From sequence record NZ_CP118109.1: a stretch of DNA of 64,000 nucleotides; one strand, written 5' to 3'. A program made the position numbers and the translations under genes. The first letter of the stretch is position 1. Every line of letters begins with the position of its first letter. Source of the stretch: a plasmid. Below are positions 49,123 to 57,792 of the stretch, one piece after another. The notes under the pieces are model-generated. The model made no database searches. It saw only the letters and a list, made by a program, of their open reading frames with translations, and was not told the DNA's origin.

Positions 49123-49322
49123 TTCATTACGTCTTCCTGCTGATAGACTATAGATTGTTGCGCTTCTCCCACCGTCTGCAAGCTATCTCCTTGAACATAG
49201 ACCGCATACGTATTTCGATCTATTGAATCCATCTCAATCCCAATGATTGAGATTCCCTCCTTAAGATGAAGCGCTTGCTCGAGCACTTCTTTCGTCACAA
49301 CAATCTTTCCTTGCTTTTTCAT
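49119..49322 (-). CDS. 67-aa hypothetical protein
   Basis: ORF coupled to its neighbours. Confidence 0.4.
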   Translation of the reverse strand: MKKQGKIVVTKEVLEQALHLKEGISIIGIEMDSIDRNTYAVYVQGDSLQTVGEAQQSIVYQQEDVMK

Positions 49323-49696
49323 TATTTGCTTGCCTCCAATTTATGTTCGTCTTCTTCTGCGCGCTTTTTAAGATAATGCCTCCTGCATAGCTTTCTTGCT
49401 AGAGCTGGTTTGCTGCACCCCTCTTCAATACATTCGCAATCGTTATTGGACTTGCCACCGATCATGTATTGATTACATCCCATTTCTTTTCTTCGATTCT
49501 TTGCATAGCAATTAGGGCAGAGGCCGAGCGCTTTCACTTTGTTAATACCACATGCTGAGCAAGACTTTGGTCTATCATAATCTTGCTTCTCGTATGTTGG
49601 GTCTCCGTATAGCCATTTCCTCCGATAGTGTTTTGCACAAAGCCCTGTTGATCTAACATGCTCGTTGCATCCTTCAATCGCGCATTCTTTTGACAT
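49322..49696 (-). CDS. 124-aa Cys-rich zinc-finger repeat protein (paralog of 48778..49122)
   Basis: Three CxxGC...GLCxxHYxR-type repeats. Confidence 0.5.
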   Translation of the reverse strand: MSKECAIEGCNEHVRSTGLCAKHYRRKWLYGDPTYEKQDYDRPKSCSACGINKVKALGLCPNCYAKNRRKEMGCNQYMIGGKSNNDCECIEEGCSKPALARKLCRRHYLKKRAEEDEHKLEASK

Positions 49697-49729
49697 TACA
49701 TAGCTCTCCTCAGTACATGCGTGTTTGTA

Positions 49730-50260
49730 TTATTTTTTGTTTACGAATCCCGTTGCTACGTTTAAACCTATTAGCATATCAGGGTTCACGCCTTCATCAA
49801 ATACAACAGGAGTATCTTGGTCAAACCCTTTCACACTTGCATCGAAAACCGACATAATGCGATCATATTTTGATTGTTCTTTTAATGCCTCTGCAATACT
49901 TCTGTGTCTTACAACAACGATACCTTCGATATCTTTAGCAAACTCAATCAAAGCAGTTGTTTTTCCGACTTGTCTGAGATATTCATCGACATAAATATAA
50001 TTATGATTTTCGGCAGCGTGAAGTAATTTATTCTTGATCGTCATGAGCATCATGGGCCTCAAAGCTTCTCGCAGATCGTCCGACTTCTTCTCTTCTTTTT
50101 TAATTAAATCAAATGACTTTTCAATCGTGCCGCTATCTCCTTCGTGTTTTTCAATAGCTAACATAATCTGCCCATTTGTAGGATACTGTTCGAATGGTCC
50201 TTCTGTTTTGATATAACCGCCGTCTTTTGATATGTGTATTAAGAATGTTTCTTTTAACAT
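49730..50260 (-). CDS. 176-aa protein with C-terminal P-loop (QVGKTTALIEF) and VVFDEG
   Basis: Walker A/B-like motifs; first gene of the minus operon leaving the divergent control region. Confidence 0.45.
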   Translation of the reverse strand: MLKETFLIHISKDGGYIKTEGPFEQYPTNGQIMLAIEKHEGDSGTIEKSFDLIKKEEKKSDDLREALRPMMLMTIKNKLLHAAENHNYIYVDEYLRQVGKTTALIEFAKDIEGIVVVRHRSIAEALKEQSKYDRIMSVFDASVKGFDQDTPVVFDEGVNPDMLIGLNVATGFVNKK

Positions 50261-50287
50261 GGATAATCATTCCTTTTTTATTTTTTT

Positions 50288-50365
50288 ATTTTCTATACTC
50301 AAATTGTAATGCGTTACATTTTATTTGACAACAATTAAATTTTCTATAGGGGGCAATTTTCTATA
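50288..50365 (+). repeat. Three direct copies of ATTTTCTATA (50288, 50339, 50356) in the divergent control region
   Basis: Exact 10-mer repeats. Confidence 0.5.
50305..50318. promoter_or_regulatory. TGTAATGCGTTACA motif copy in the divergent control region
   Basis: 45 nt upstream of the minus gene start at 50260; followed on the plus strand by TTTTATTTGACA. Confidence 0.5.
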
Positions 50366-50389
50366 AAAAAATTTTTGCGTGGGGTACCT

Positions 50390-50450
50390 AGTTGTTTATT
50401 GTTGGCTGATGGTAGCGTTCGACGCCCCACCCCCTCAACAATAAGCAACC
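50390..50450. promoter_or_regulatory. Inverted pair AGTTGTTTATTGTTGG / TCAACAATAAGCAACC with a nested GTGGGG...CCCCAC dyad, ahead of the membrane-protein/polymerase operon
   Basis: Imperfect 16-bp inverted repeat with ~30-bp spacer. Confidence 0.4.
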
Positions 50451-50503
50451 ACATTAGGGTTGGCAGTGATCCCAATCAAACTGCACATCGAAAGGAGTCT
50501 ATC

Positions 50504-50992
50504 ATGACTAACACATTATCAGCTATTGCTAACACTATGGGAGAGGACGCTGTTCTTAAGACTGCATCAGCTTTAGGTATTGCATGGAGAGTAACAAAGA
50601 ATGTAGCAGGCTTCGTATATAAGAACCTTATACATAAGCCTATTGTTAAGGCAGCTAATGTAATACGTAAGCATAAGTGGGAAACAGCTGCTACAGCAGC
50701 CTCTGCTGTAGTAGGTGGTGTAGCCACTACTAGCGTATGTGGTGCAGGGTTGATGGCTGCTGCTGTAGCTATGGTTGCTGTACTCACTATCCATTTCCTT
50801 ATTGCTAAGCGTAAGAAGCAGGCTATGGACTGGCGTAGAGCTATCTTATCAGCCATGGTATGCGGTCTTATAGCAGGGTTCCTGCCTGTAATATCTGTAT
50901 ACCTAACGATGTGGGCATGCATTGGTCTTGACTATGCATGGCTTGCATCTGCATATACGTATCTCTACACTGCTGCTTTGTTCGTGATCTAA
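50504..50992 (+). CDS. 162-aa predicted membrane protein (3 hydrophobic segments)
   Basis: RBS AAAGGAG 6 nt before ATG; strong NNT/NNA optimal-codon bias shared with the polymerase gene downstream. Confidence 0.55.
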   Translation: MTNTLSAIANTMGEDAVLKTASALGIAWRVTKNVAGFVYKNLIHKPIVKAANVIRKHKWETAATAASAVVGGVATTSVCGAGLMAAAVAMVAVLTIHFLIAKRKKQAMDWRRAILSAMVCGLIAGFLPVISVYLTMWACIGLDYAWLASAYTYLYTAALFVI

Positions 50993-51343
50993 TAGGTCAT
51001 GGACATGGCATGGTATAGATGCATAGGGAGTACACGATAACGGTGGATGATCCCCTATGTAGGCTATACCCTCTACCCTACCTTATATGGTGGCATGGGT
51101 GGCAGTACTATGGTTAGCCATATTGTGCCTATGTATATGGGCATATGGGTGTGTAGGTGCACTCTATCATATACAGCCCCTGTGTAGTACGCATGGTCCG
51201 GGTCAGCCGCCCCCATGTGTAGTATGCAGGGGTCTTTTTATTTATTTACACATAGCTCCCTGTATAGGTGCCCTATATAGACCCCCCTCTATATGGACCC
51301 CCCTATATAGGGAGCTGTATGTAAGTACAGCACATTTAACCCC
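50993..51343 (+). repeat. 350-bp ORF-free GC-rich array of about 10 degenerate CCC(C)TRTRTAGG-like words immediately upstream of the polymerase gene
   Basis: cccctatgtagg, ccttatatggtgg, cctatgtatatggg, cccctgtgtag, ccccatgtgtag, ccctgtatagg, ccctatatag, cccctctatatgg, cccctatataggg; T-run at ~51230. Confidence 0.5.
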
Positions 51344-51359
51344 AAGGAGGAATCACTCT

Positions 51360-54300
51360 ATGTCAACTGATTCAAAGAAAGCTATGTCGTCCGTCCCTAT
51401 GTCCAACAAACAAACTAAAACAAACAAAAAGGAGCAATCTACAATGACTAACAACAAACAAGCACAAATCAACAAGCAACTGGCTGAGGTAAACCGTCTT
51501 TTCAACAAAGCTATCAAAGGTAACAAACTAGAGGCGCAAATGTCTGATTACAAGTCTACTTCTGTAGTATTGGATGCTATTGCTGAGTTCCCAGGATTGG
51601 GCGTTAAAACAAAGAATTATGAGGCTATCACAGCTGCTATCGCTAGTGGTAAGGATATCCGTACTGTTATGGAGAACCCGGAGCTTACTGGTGTTCCTAA
51701 GAATCAATATCGCTTCTTCCGTGCATTCATGGAAGAGAAAGGTGCAGAGATTCCTGCTATGGTGATTGCACCTACTCGTAAGCGTGTACGTACTGTATCT
51801 GTCGATCTATTGAAACATTCCCGCAACGAAGCTGGTGAAGTGGTGCTCAACGCGGAAGTCAGCTATCAATCTCAGTCTCAGCTTGCTGATGCATTCGGTA
51901 AATTGGTTCCAGCTACAGATAGCAATGATCTACACTTGGATGCGACTCACATTGTCTATATCGATTTGAATATCGCTGATCAAGAGAATCAAGAAATGAA
52001 AGACTTGCAAATCGAGATCGTCCGTAATGGATTCTATTACACAGTGGAAGGCGTTACACGCAAAGCTAACTTCTTTATTCAGACAGCAAATCAAACTCGT
52101 CAATTGCAAGGTATCTATATTGCAGAGGACTTCATGACGATTCCTCAAGCATTCCGCAAGCTTGGTCATAGCTTCCTGTCTTATTGCAAACTGGATAAGG
52201 CTACTGGTGTCTATACACTGGATATCACGAAGTATCTGAAACGTCCAGGTCTGTCTGGTACAAGCTCTGTGCCATCTAAGGTAGTAACCTTCCCTAATGC
52301 TCATATCGACAAGCTGCCTAACATGAGAACAGGAGAATACTTGGTTAACTCTGATCGTCACTCTATGGCAGTGATTGATGATCGCTTTGCTAAGATCAAG
52401 AATGGTAAGTTCAAAGCATTCTATAACAACCGTGTAGTCACTGTATCTGCGGTTGATGGTACATTCACAGCTACATGGAAAGAAGGACGCATGACTAAAG
52501 AAGAAGTCCTGCCTATGAACTATCTGAAGCTTGGCGTAGGCGATGGCTTGGTTCTAGCTTCCGAGTCGATCTACTGGGCATTGAAGGCTGAGTTTGGCAA
52601 TGATTCCGATGCATGGCAAGTACGTATCACCCCATTCGTTAAAGGCTTGATGGTATTCGTGCCAGGCTTGCGTCAATACTATGATGCAGATATCGTTGCA
52701 TTCAAGTCTGCTGTGAAAGGTGACTTCCGTTTGCTTGCTGATAGCGAAGGTAAGATTGACTTTGGTATTGAGCTGCGTATTGCACGCTTTGCTAAGCGTC
52801 CTGCTATGAAGTCTGAGTATGTAGAGCTTCCATATCAGTTTGCACATGTATCCAGCATTACAGCAGAGCAAATGATTGATGTTGCTCAACCACGCCTGGA
52901 TGAAGCTAAGAGTGTACTTACTAATCCTGCACTGATTCAAAAGTATGCAGGGGTTGCTCACTTGGAGAAGCTGAACAAGCTGACTCTTGCACAAGCTGAG
53001 TTTCTACGTGATCGCTCCCTTGTTTCTGTATTTGCTAACTTCATGCACTATGCTCCATTCACATTCCAAGATGCTTACATGCAAACAAGAGCACTGAGAC
53101 TGATGGGGCAGCAAGTAGACAAATGGGTTGCTGGTACGATTCCTGTAGAAGGCGAGTATCGCTTCATGGTTCAAGATCCATATGCATTGCTTCAAGCTGT
53201 GGAAGATGAGAATGGAGATATGATTGTCCCTGATCACGTTGGTCTTAAGCCACACCAAACATTCATGACAGCACGCGATAACCAACACTTTGTAGAGGGC
53301 CCTGTTGCATCCTTCCGTAACCCTGCTATTGCTAAAGGTGAAGGACGTATCTTGAATGGTGTAGCTCCACAAAACTATGTGACTGCTTCTGCTAAAGGCG
53401 CATTCAACTCTGTATGTGTAATGAGCTGCCATGACTTGGATACATTCGCTGAAGGCGGAGCTGATAACGATGGTGATGAAACATTCATTACACAAGTACG
53501 TGCTATCGTTAATGGCATCATGGGTAAAGATGGTCAATCTAAGTTCTTGGCTATGCTTGACCTGCATGTAGATAAAGATGGTGAGTGGTCTTCTGGATGC
53601 CCGTTCCCTATGGAATCTGATGAGAAGCTTGCATTTGATGCTCCTTGCGTATCACACGATGGACAATTCAAAGTGAAGTTCACTGCCGATCAATATAATG
53701 ATGCATTCATTCAAGCTGTACATGAGCTAAGCAAAGAGTATGTCATTCGTACACTGACTCCTAACAAGATCGGTCAACTGACTAACATTGCTACTCGTCT
53801 TGCTGATGCTGTACGTAAAGTAGGATATATGTATGCAGAGAATACCAATGAGTTTGGTCAAAAGACTGAACGTTCAGATGCTGAGAAACAAGAGCTGATT
53901 AGAGAGATCGCTCGTATGGAAGATATGATCGACTTGATTCGTCTGGCTCAAGGATGGGAGATTGACCGTGCTAAGCATGGTGGTGCATATGAGGAAGCAT
54001 TGGCTGCTGAATTGGAGTTCATCAACAATCCTCCAAGATATGCAGGATTCCAAGAGTCACCTAAATCCAAGCGTCAATGGATCAAGCAAGCATGGCTCGC
54101 ACATCACAAAGGTGCTGAGGGTGGAGTAGACACAGGTTCTGTAATGTCCCGTGTGCATAACCACATGAAAGCATTCGTACAAGAGAATGTAATCGACAAG
54201 TCCGAAGAGATCATGAACGATGTAGAGAACAACAACCTGATTCATATCCTGAGAGCTGAGTATGTTATTGATCCAGTTATCTATGACAGAATCGCTAACT

Positions 54301-54992
54301 CTATTCGTTCCATTCGCTCTATCTATACAAACGACATCAAGAACGCTCGTCAGAAGCATGAAGAGTTCATCAAGCTTGCTGAGCTGAAATATGGTGAGGC
54401 TGATCCTGCACTGGCGATGGCTAAAGAGAAGATCGAGCGTATCTATAGAGATGATTGCGATGCGATCACCTATAAGAGTCAAATGACACTTGGCGCTTTG
54501 GAGTTCTCTTTCTCTGCGACTGATATCGGCTATGTTGCATACATGGTGACATACACTGAGAGAGGTCAAGATAACAATCGTTCGATCAGCTTCCCTTGGG
54601 TCGTGGCTAAGAAGCAATTCTTGGAGCTGTGTGCTGCTATCTCTAATCGTGAGATTGTGAAGAACCCTTATGTTGTCCCTGCATCTGATATCAAGGCAAA
54701 CTTCCGTATTGGGGCTGATTCAACTGGTCGTGTGTTTGATGGAGAGAGAATGGCACCTGTCATTGCGAATGCAGGTATGGTAACAGTGGAGTATATGTAT
54801 AACGAAGTTACTGAAAGCTACATGTATGTTGTTTATGTTCCAGTAGGCAGCAGAAATGTATATGTAGGCGACTTCTACCAAGATCAAGTTGGATTCTTGA
54901 CTGGTGCAACACGTTTCAATCTTACAGTGTCCAATGCTGAAGCTAAAGGCAGAACTATGAGTCTGACGATCTCCAGCATCGAACGCATGTAA
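51360..54992 (+). CDS. 1210-aa single-chain two-barrel (YonO/RDR/crAss gp66-like) RNA polymerase candidate
   Basis: Beta-prime DPBB signature VASFRNPAIAKGEGRIL ... GGADNDGDETF (compare NRAPTLHRLG ... NADFDGDQM); RBS AAGGAGG 9 nt upstream of ATG 51360 (alternative ATG 51444 also has an RBS); the track N-terminal extension from 51087 translates a repeat array and is rejected. Confidence 0.65.
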   Translation: MSTDSKKAMSSVPMSNKQTKTNKKEQSTMTNNKQAQINKQLAEVNRLFNKAIKGNKLEAQMSDYKSTSVVLDAIAEFPGLGVKTKNYEAITAAIASGKDIRTVMENPELTGVPKNQYRFFRAFMEEKGAEIPAMVIAPTRKRVRTVSVDLLKHSRNEAGEVVLNAEVSYQSQSQLADAFGKLVPATDSNDLHLDATHIVYIDLNIADQENQEMKDLQIEIVRNGFYYTVEGVTRKANFFIQTANQTRQLQGIYIAEDFMTIPQAFRKLGHSFLSYCKLDKATGVYTLDITKYLKRPGLSGTSSVPSKVVTFPNAHIDKLPNMRTGEYLVNSDRHSMAVIDDRFAKIKNGKFKAFYNNRVVTVSAVDGTFTATWKEGRMTKEEVLPMNYLKLGVGDGLVLASESIYWALKAEFGNDSDAWQVRITPFVKGLMVFVPGLRQYYDADIVAFKSAVKGDFRLLADSEGKIDFGIELRIARFAKRPAMKSEYVELPYQFAHVSSITAEQMIDVAQPRLDEAKSVLTNPALIQKYAGVAHLEKLNKLTLAQAEFLRDRSLVSVFANFMHYAPFTFQDAYMQTRALRLMGQQVDKWVAGTIPVEGEYRFMVQDPYALLQAVEDENGDMIVPDHVGLKPHQTFMTARDNQHFVEGPVASFRNPAIAKGEGRILNGVAPQNYVTASAKGAFNSVCVMSCHDLDTFAEGGADNDGDETFITQVRAIVNGIMGKDGQSKFLAMLDLHVDKDGEWSSGCPFPMESDEKLAFDAPCVSHDGQFKVKFTADQYNDAFIQAVHELSKEYVIRTLTPNKIGQLTNIATRLADAVRKVGYMYAENTNEFGQKTERSDAEKQELIREIARMEDMIDLIRLAQGWEIDRAKHGGAYEEALAAELEFINNPPRYAGFQESPKSKRQWIKQAWLAHHKGAEGGVDTGSVMSRVHNHMKAFVQENVIDKSEEIMNDVENNNLIHILRAEYVIDPVIYDRIANSIRSIRSIYTNDIKNARQKHEEFIKLAELKYGEADPALAMAKEKIERIYRDDCDAITYKSQMTLGALEFSFSATDIGYVAYMVTYTERGQDNNRSISFPWVVAKKQFLELCAAISNREIVKNPYVVPASDIKANFRIGADSTGRVFDGERMAPVIANAGMVTVEYMYNEVTESYMYVVYVPVGSRNVYVGDFYQDQVGFLTGATRFNLTVSNAEAKGRTMSLTISSIERM

Positions 54993-55629
54993 TAGGCGAG
55001 CCACCTATATCTGTAGTCGGCATGTTCCTAGGCATGTCGGCTACTCCTTTATTATAGCACACCCTTCGGGTAGGTGCTAACGCCATCGACAGCTCCACGC
55101 TTCCACCCTAAGACGCCCTGCCCTTTGCAGATGACGAATCATACTACTTGTAGGATGCTTTCGTTAGACGCGAAGGCAGGATGCTTATATGGGACATGCA
55201 TGGACGGCAACTTACGGCAATACAGCTAGACAGCTGAATCATATGAATATAACGTCCGGTGGGGGAGGAAGCTGCTTCGCAACGTGGACGCTGATCTATA
55301 TGAGCAAGCTCTTTCCCTATGTTGTCGATGGCTGTTATCACCTATCCGAATCGTGTGTAATCTCAAGTGTGACGCTACTTTATGTACGATGACTTATATC
55401 ACAGAGAGCTACATCCTGCTGTATATCATACTTCGGATGCTATATTCCCTATTTCGTATATCATATGCTACTGAAAGTGGTGAACCCTCATCCGAAAATT
55501 TTCTTCATCCTGCGTATGATTATCTTATGTGCTCTATAGTGTATGACGATGTAATAGATAGTGCAGACGATGGTCGCTAACGCTCCTGTGGCATTGTGAA
55601 TGTTTAACTTGAACGAGGAGGTTATCTAT
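54993..55629 (+). other. 637-bp apparently non-coding spacer downstream of the polymerase gene, with related word composition (cacctatatctgtag, cttatatggg), a GGCATGT/GTCGGC duplicated segment and a small ACCC-TTC-GGGT hairpin
   Basis: No ORF with a credible RBS or codon usage; composition unlike neighbouring coding DNA. Confidence 0.4.
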
Positions 55630-55968
55630 ATGAGTAACAAATTGCTAACTGAAGGACGTAGCTTATTCGACCATAGTTTATCTAAGGAGGAAGTACGTAA
55701 TCGCAACCTAGACGTATTTGCCTTTATGATGGATATGCTTAGACTATATACAGAAAGAAGTATCTCTGGTAGTCAGCTCTGCATGCTACATGCTAGTTAC
55801 CATAGTGTGAATATGAAGTATACTATGGGCAAGAAAGAGTTCCAGTATCGTCTTGTCGTGTTGATCAATGCTGGCTTTATAGATAGAGAGACTATAGAGA
55901 AAGATGATGTGCTCTCTCCTACTGAGCTTGGTATGAATAGATATGATGCTGTATGTACTGTAGCTTAA
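55630..55968 (+). CDS. 112-aa small protein, possible winged-helix regulator (paralog 1)
   Basis: RBS GAGGAGG; C-terminal SPTELGMNRYD shared with the next ORF. Confidence 0.45.
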   Translation: MSNKLLTEGRSLFDHSLSKEEVRNRNLDVFAFMMDMLRLYTERSISGSQLCMLHASYHSVNMKYTMGKKEFQYRLVVLINAGFIDRETIEKDDVLSPTELGMNRYDAVCTVA

Positions 55969-55988
55969 CTATATAGGAGGTTAATCAT

Positions 55989-56279
55989 ATGAATCGCTAT
56001 GATGAAGACTATAGTAGAATGGAGATACGCCTTCGCAATATGGAGGCGTTCTCTGCTGTAAAGAAGATGATTGAGCATGGAGATGTAGATGAAGCACCGT
56101 TGAATACTATAGTGTCTATGTATCCTTTGTTTGAGATGGATATAGATATGCCTCTTCATGAGCTTGAGTATCGTATTCGTCTTCTGCATAATGCTGATTA
56201 TGTTTATATACGTAATGGAGCTTATGGTTCTGAGATGGTATCCATAACTGAGTTAGGATTAAGGAGATATACTTCTTAG
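55989..56279 (+). CDS. 96-aa small protein (paralog 2, ITELGLRRYTS)
   Basis: RBS AGGAGG. Confidence 0.45.
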   Translation: MNRYDEDYSRMEIRLRNMEAFSAVKKMIEHGDVDEAPLNTIVSMYPLFEMDIDMPLHELEYRIRLLHNADYVYIRNGAYGSEMVSITELGLRRYTS

Positions 56280-56363
56280 GTATCTATAGTCTTATCTTCT
56301 ATGTGTTCTTATACTGTATATTGTTTATATAGTGAGCTATAGTATTAATGGTATGCGTCTTGG

Positions 56364-56400
56364 ATTTTTTTCTTTTTGCCGATCCTTGCGGAACGGCACT
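56364..56400 (+). promoter_or_regulatory. Conserved element TTTTTTCTTTTTGCCGATCCTTGCGGAACGGCAC (T-run followed by a 7-bp-stem/3-nt-loop hairpin), copy 1, 40 nt upstream of the 56440 start
   Basis: Near-identical second copy at 58556. Confidence 0.45.
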
Positions 56401-56439
56401 AAAACCTTTTTAAAACCCTATACATTGGAGTGGTATTCT

Positions 56440-56649
56440 ATGAAGTTTGATGTCAAATTTAAAGAACGCATTACAGGTGTTCCATTACAGCTAATTGACG
56501 CTTTTATGATATCTTCCCGCTCTGAACCTTGTATGATCTGCAAAGAACCAACTGTTTTCATTGATTACTGTTCCGAAGGACGGCTTTGTTCTGATGAATG
56601 CGATTCTGTATTCTATTCTAAGGTTGAAGAATCTGGGGGTGTCTTATGA
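56440..56649 (+). CDS. 69-aa Cys-rich small protein (CMICKEP...CSEGRLCSDEC)
   Basis: RBS GGAGTGG; zinc-ribbon-like Cys spacing. Confidence 0.45.
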   Translation: MKFDVKFKERITGVPLQLIDAFMISSRSEPCMICKEPTVFIDYCSEGRLCSDECDSVFYSKVEESGGVL

Positions 56650-56825
56650 GTCCTATACTCTGGACTTCGATAGTTATCTCTTTAGCATCTATTGTCATTA
56701 ATGTATTTAACATTCTTGCCATACGCCGATCACATAAGCGTATGGATGAAGCTTACAACAGAGAGGGTCAAGCTCTTGATAATCTAAGTAGAGAGCTTGA
56801 TAAGCTTATTAAGAAAGGAAGATAG
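56646..56825 (+). CDS. 59-aa small membrane protein (ATGA-coupled)
   Basis: MSPILWTSIVISLASIVINVFNILAIRRSHKR..; below the track cutoff; verified stop at 56823-56825. Confidence 0.45.
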   Translation: MSPILWTSIVISLASIVINVFNILAIRRSHKRMDEAYNREGQALDNLSRELDKLIKKGR

Positions 56826-56826
56826 T

Positions 56827-57024
56827 ATGAGTCAAGAGATTACCCATGAGTATGTATCAGCTGAGATAACTAGGCTGATTGGTGAATATGATTTCCCGCT
56901 GGTTGCCCTGCAAGATGTAAAGAATAGGCTTAGCGATAGTGATGATCCACACTATGCAGCACAGCAGCTACGTTATCTTAATAATCTCATTAATGCTGGT
57001 CATGCTATAAGAAAGCATCAATAG
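56827..57024 (+). CDS. 65-aa hypothetical protein
   Basis: ATG 2 nt after the previous stop. Confidence 0.45.
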   Translation: MSQEITHEYVSAEITRLIGEYDFPLVALQDVKNRLSDSDDPHYAAQQLRYLNNLINAGHAIRKHQ

Positions 57025-57035
57025 GAGGTATTGTT

Positions 57036-57296
57036 ATGGGTGCTAAGCCTATAAAGCGCCATACTCTTACTAAAGACAACGTTAAACACTTCTCGCGTAT
57101 TCAGAGGACTGGCAATGTTTTGCCTCAGCCGGCTCGTATTGTTGTCGATAAAGAATACTGGGAAGATGTTGGTGGCTGGCGAGGATGGGAAACCACTCCT
57201 ATATATGATAAAGTGTTTCATGACTGGGAATATGCATACGCTGTCTATGATGAGATCCTGCGCAGAGCGGATCCTGGTAGTGTAAAAGAGCGTTAA
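57036..57296 (+). CDS. 86-aa hypothetical protein
   Basis: RBS AGGAGG. Confidence 0.45.
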   Translation: MGAKPIKRHTLTKDNVKHFSRIQRTGNVLPQPARIVVDKEYWEDVGGWRGWETTPIYDKVFHDWEYAYAVYDEILRRADPGSVKER

Positions 57297-57309
57297 TGAG
57301 GTGTATATA

Positions 57310-57549
57310 ATGGAGCTTATGTCTCCTTACTTTGAACGAACTATTATTACTGCAGATCGACTGATCCGTGGCCAATTTTATTCTTTCTATTACCAAGAAC
57401 AATATTACATTGCTGTTTTCCTTAGCTCTAGACATGAAAATCAAGTTTTAACCTTTAACGCATACACTATCGATAACAAGTATTGCAGAATATCGATGAT
57501 GTTTGCGCCAGAAGAGATAGATCGATTAAGTATTTACTATAGGGAGTGA
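57310..57549 (+). CDS. 79-aa MELM-family protein
   Basis: MELMSPYFER; RBS TGAGGTG. Confidence 0.5.
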   Translation: MELMSPYFERTIITADRLIRGQFYSFYYQEQYYIAVFLSSRHENQVLTFNAYTIDNKYCRISMMFAPEEIDRLSIYYRE

Positions 57550-57555
57550 TATATC

Positions 57556-57792
57556 ATGGAGCTTGTTACTCCTTACCTTAGAGCTATGTTTGAATATGCT
57601 ATAGGTGATGAATATGTATTTGTCACCTTAACTAATGATTATTATCTTGGTATGATCGCGGCTGCCACCGAAGAAGGTGTCACTCTTACATTTGCCCATG
57701 TCTCCTATGGTGGTCGTGATCACATGCTTCATGAAGTTAATTCTTGCTCTATTCCACTATCTAACATAAAGGAGTACTGGGAATGGAATTAA
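57556..57792 (+). CDS. 78-aa MELM-family protein
   Basis: MELVTPYLRA; RBS GGGAGTGA. Confidence 0.5.
   Translation: MELVTPYLRAMFEYAIGDEYVFVTLTNDYYLGMIAAATEEGVTLTFAHVSYGGRDHMLHEVNSCSIPLSNIKEYWEWN

Noticed and set aside
51250-51330. T7-promoter-like string CTATATAGGGAGC (resembles TATAGGGAGA)
   Set aside because: The polymerases here are two-barrel type, not T7-like single-subunit enzymes. The match is short and is part of a degenerate repeat family, so it is most likely coincidental.
51087-51359. N-terminal 91-aa extension of the polymerase ORF (MVAWVAVLWLAILCL...)
   Set aside because: It is a translation of the GC-rich repeat array and has no RBS. A strong AAGGAGG sits 9 nt before ATG 51360, where lysine-rich polymerase-like sequence begins.
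55189-55580. Track ORFs 55189..55392, 55284..55580 (+) and 55144..55341 (-) in the spacer after the polymerase gene
   Set aside because: Alternative or weak starts, rare codons (CTA, CGA), composition unlike neighbouring genes; treated as non-coding spacer, though 55284..55580 has a weak GGAGGAAG upstream and cannot be fully excluded.
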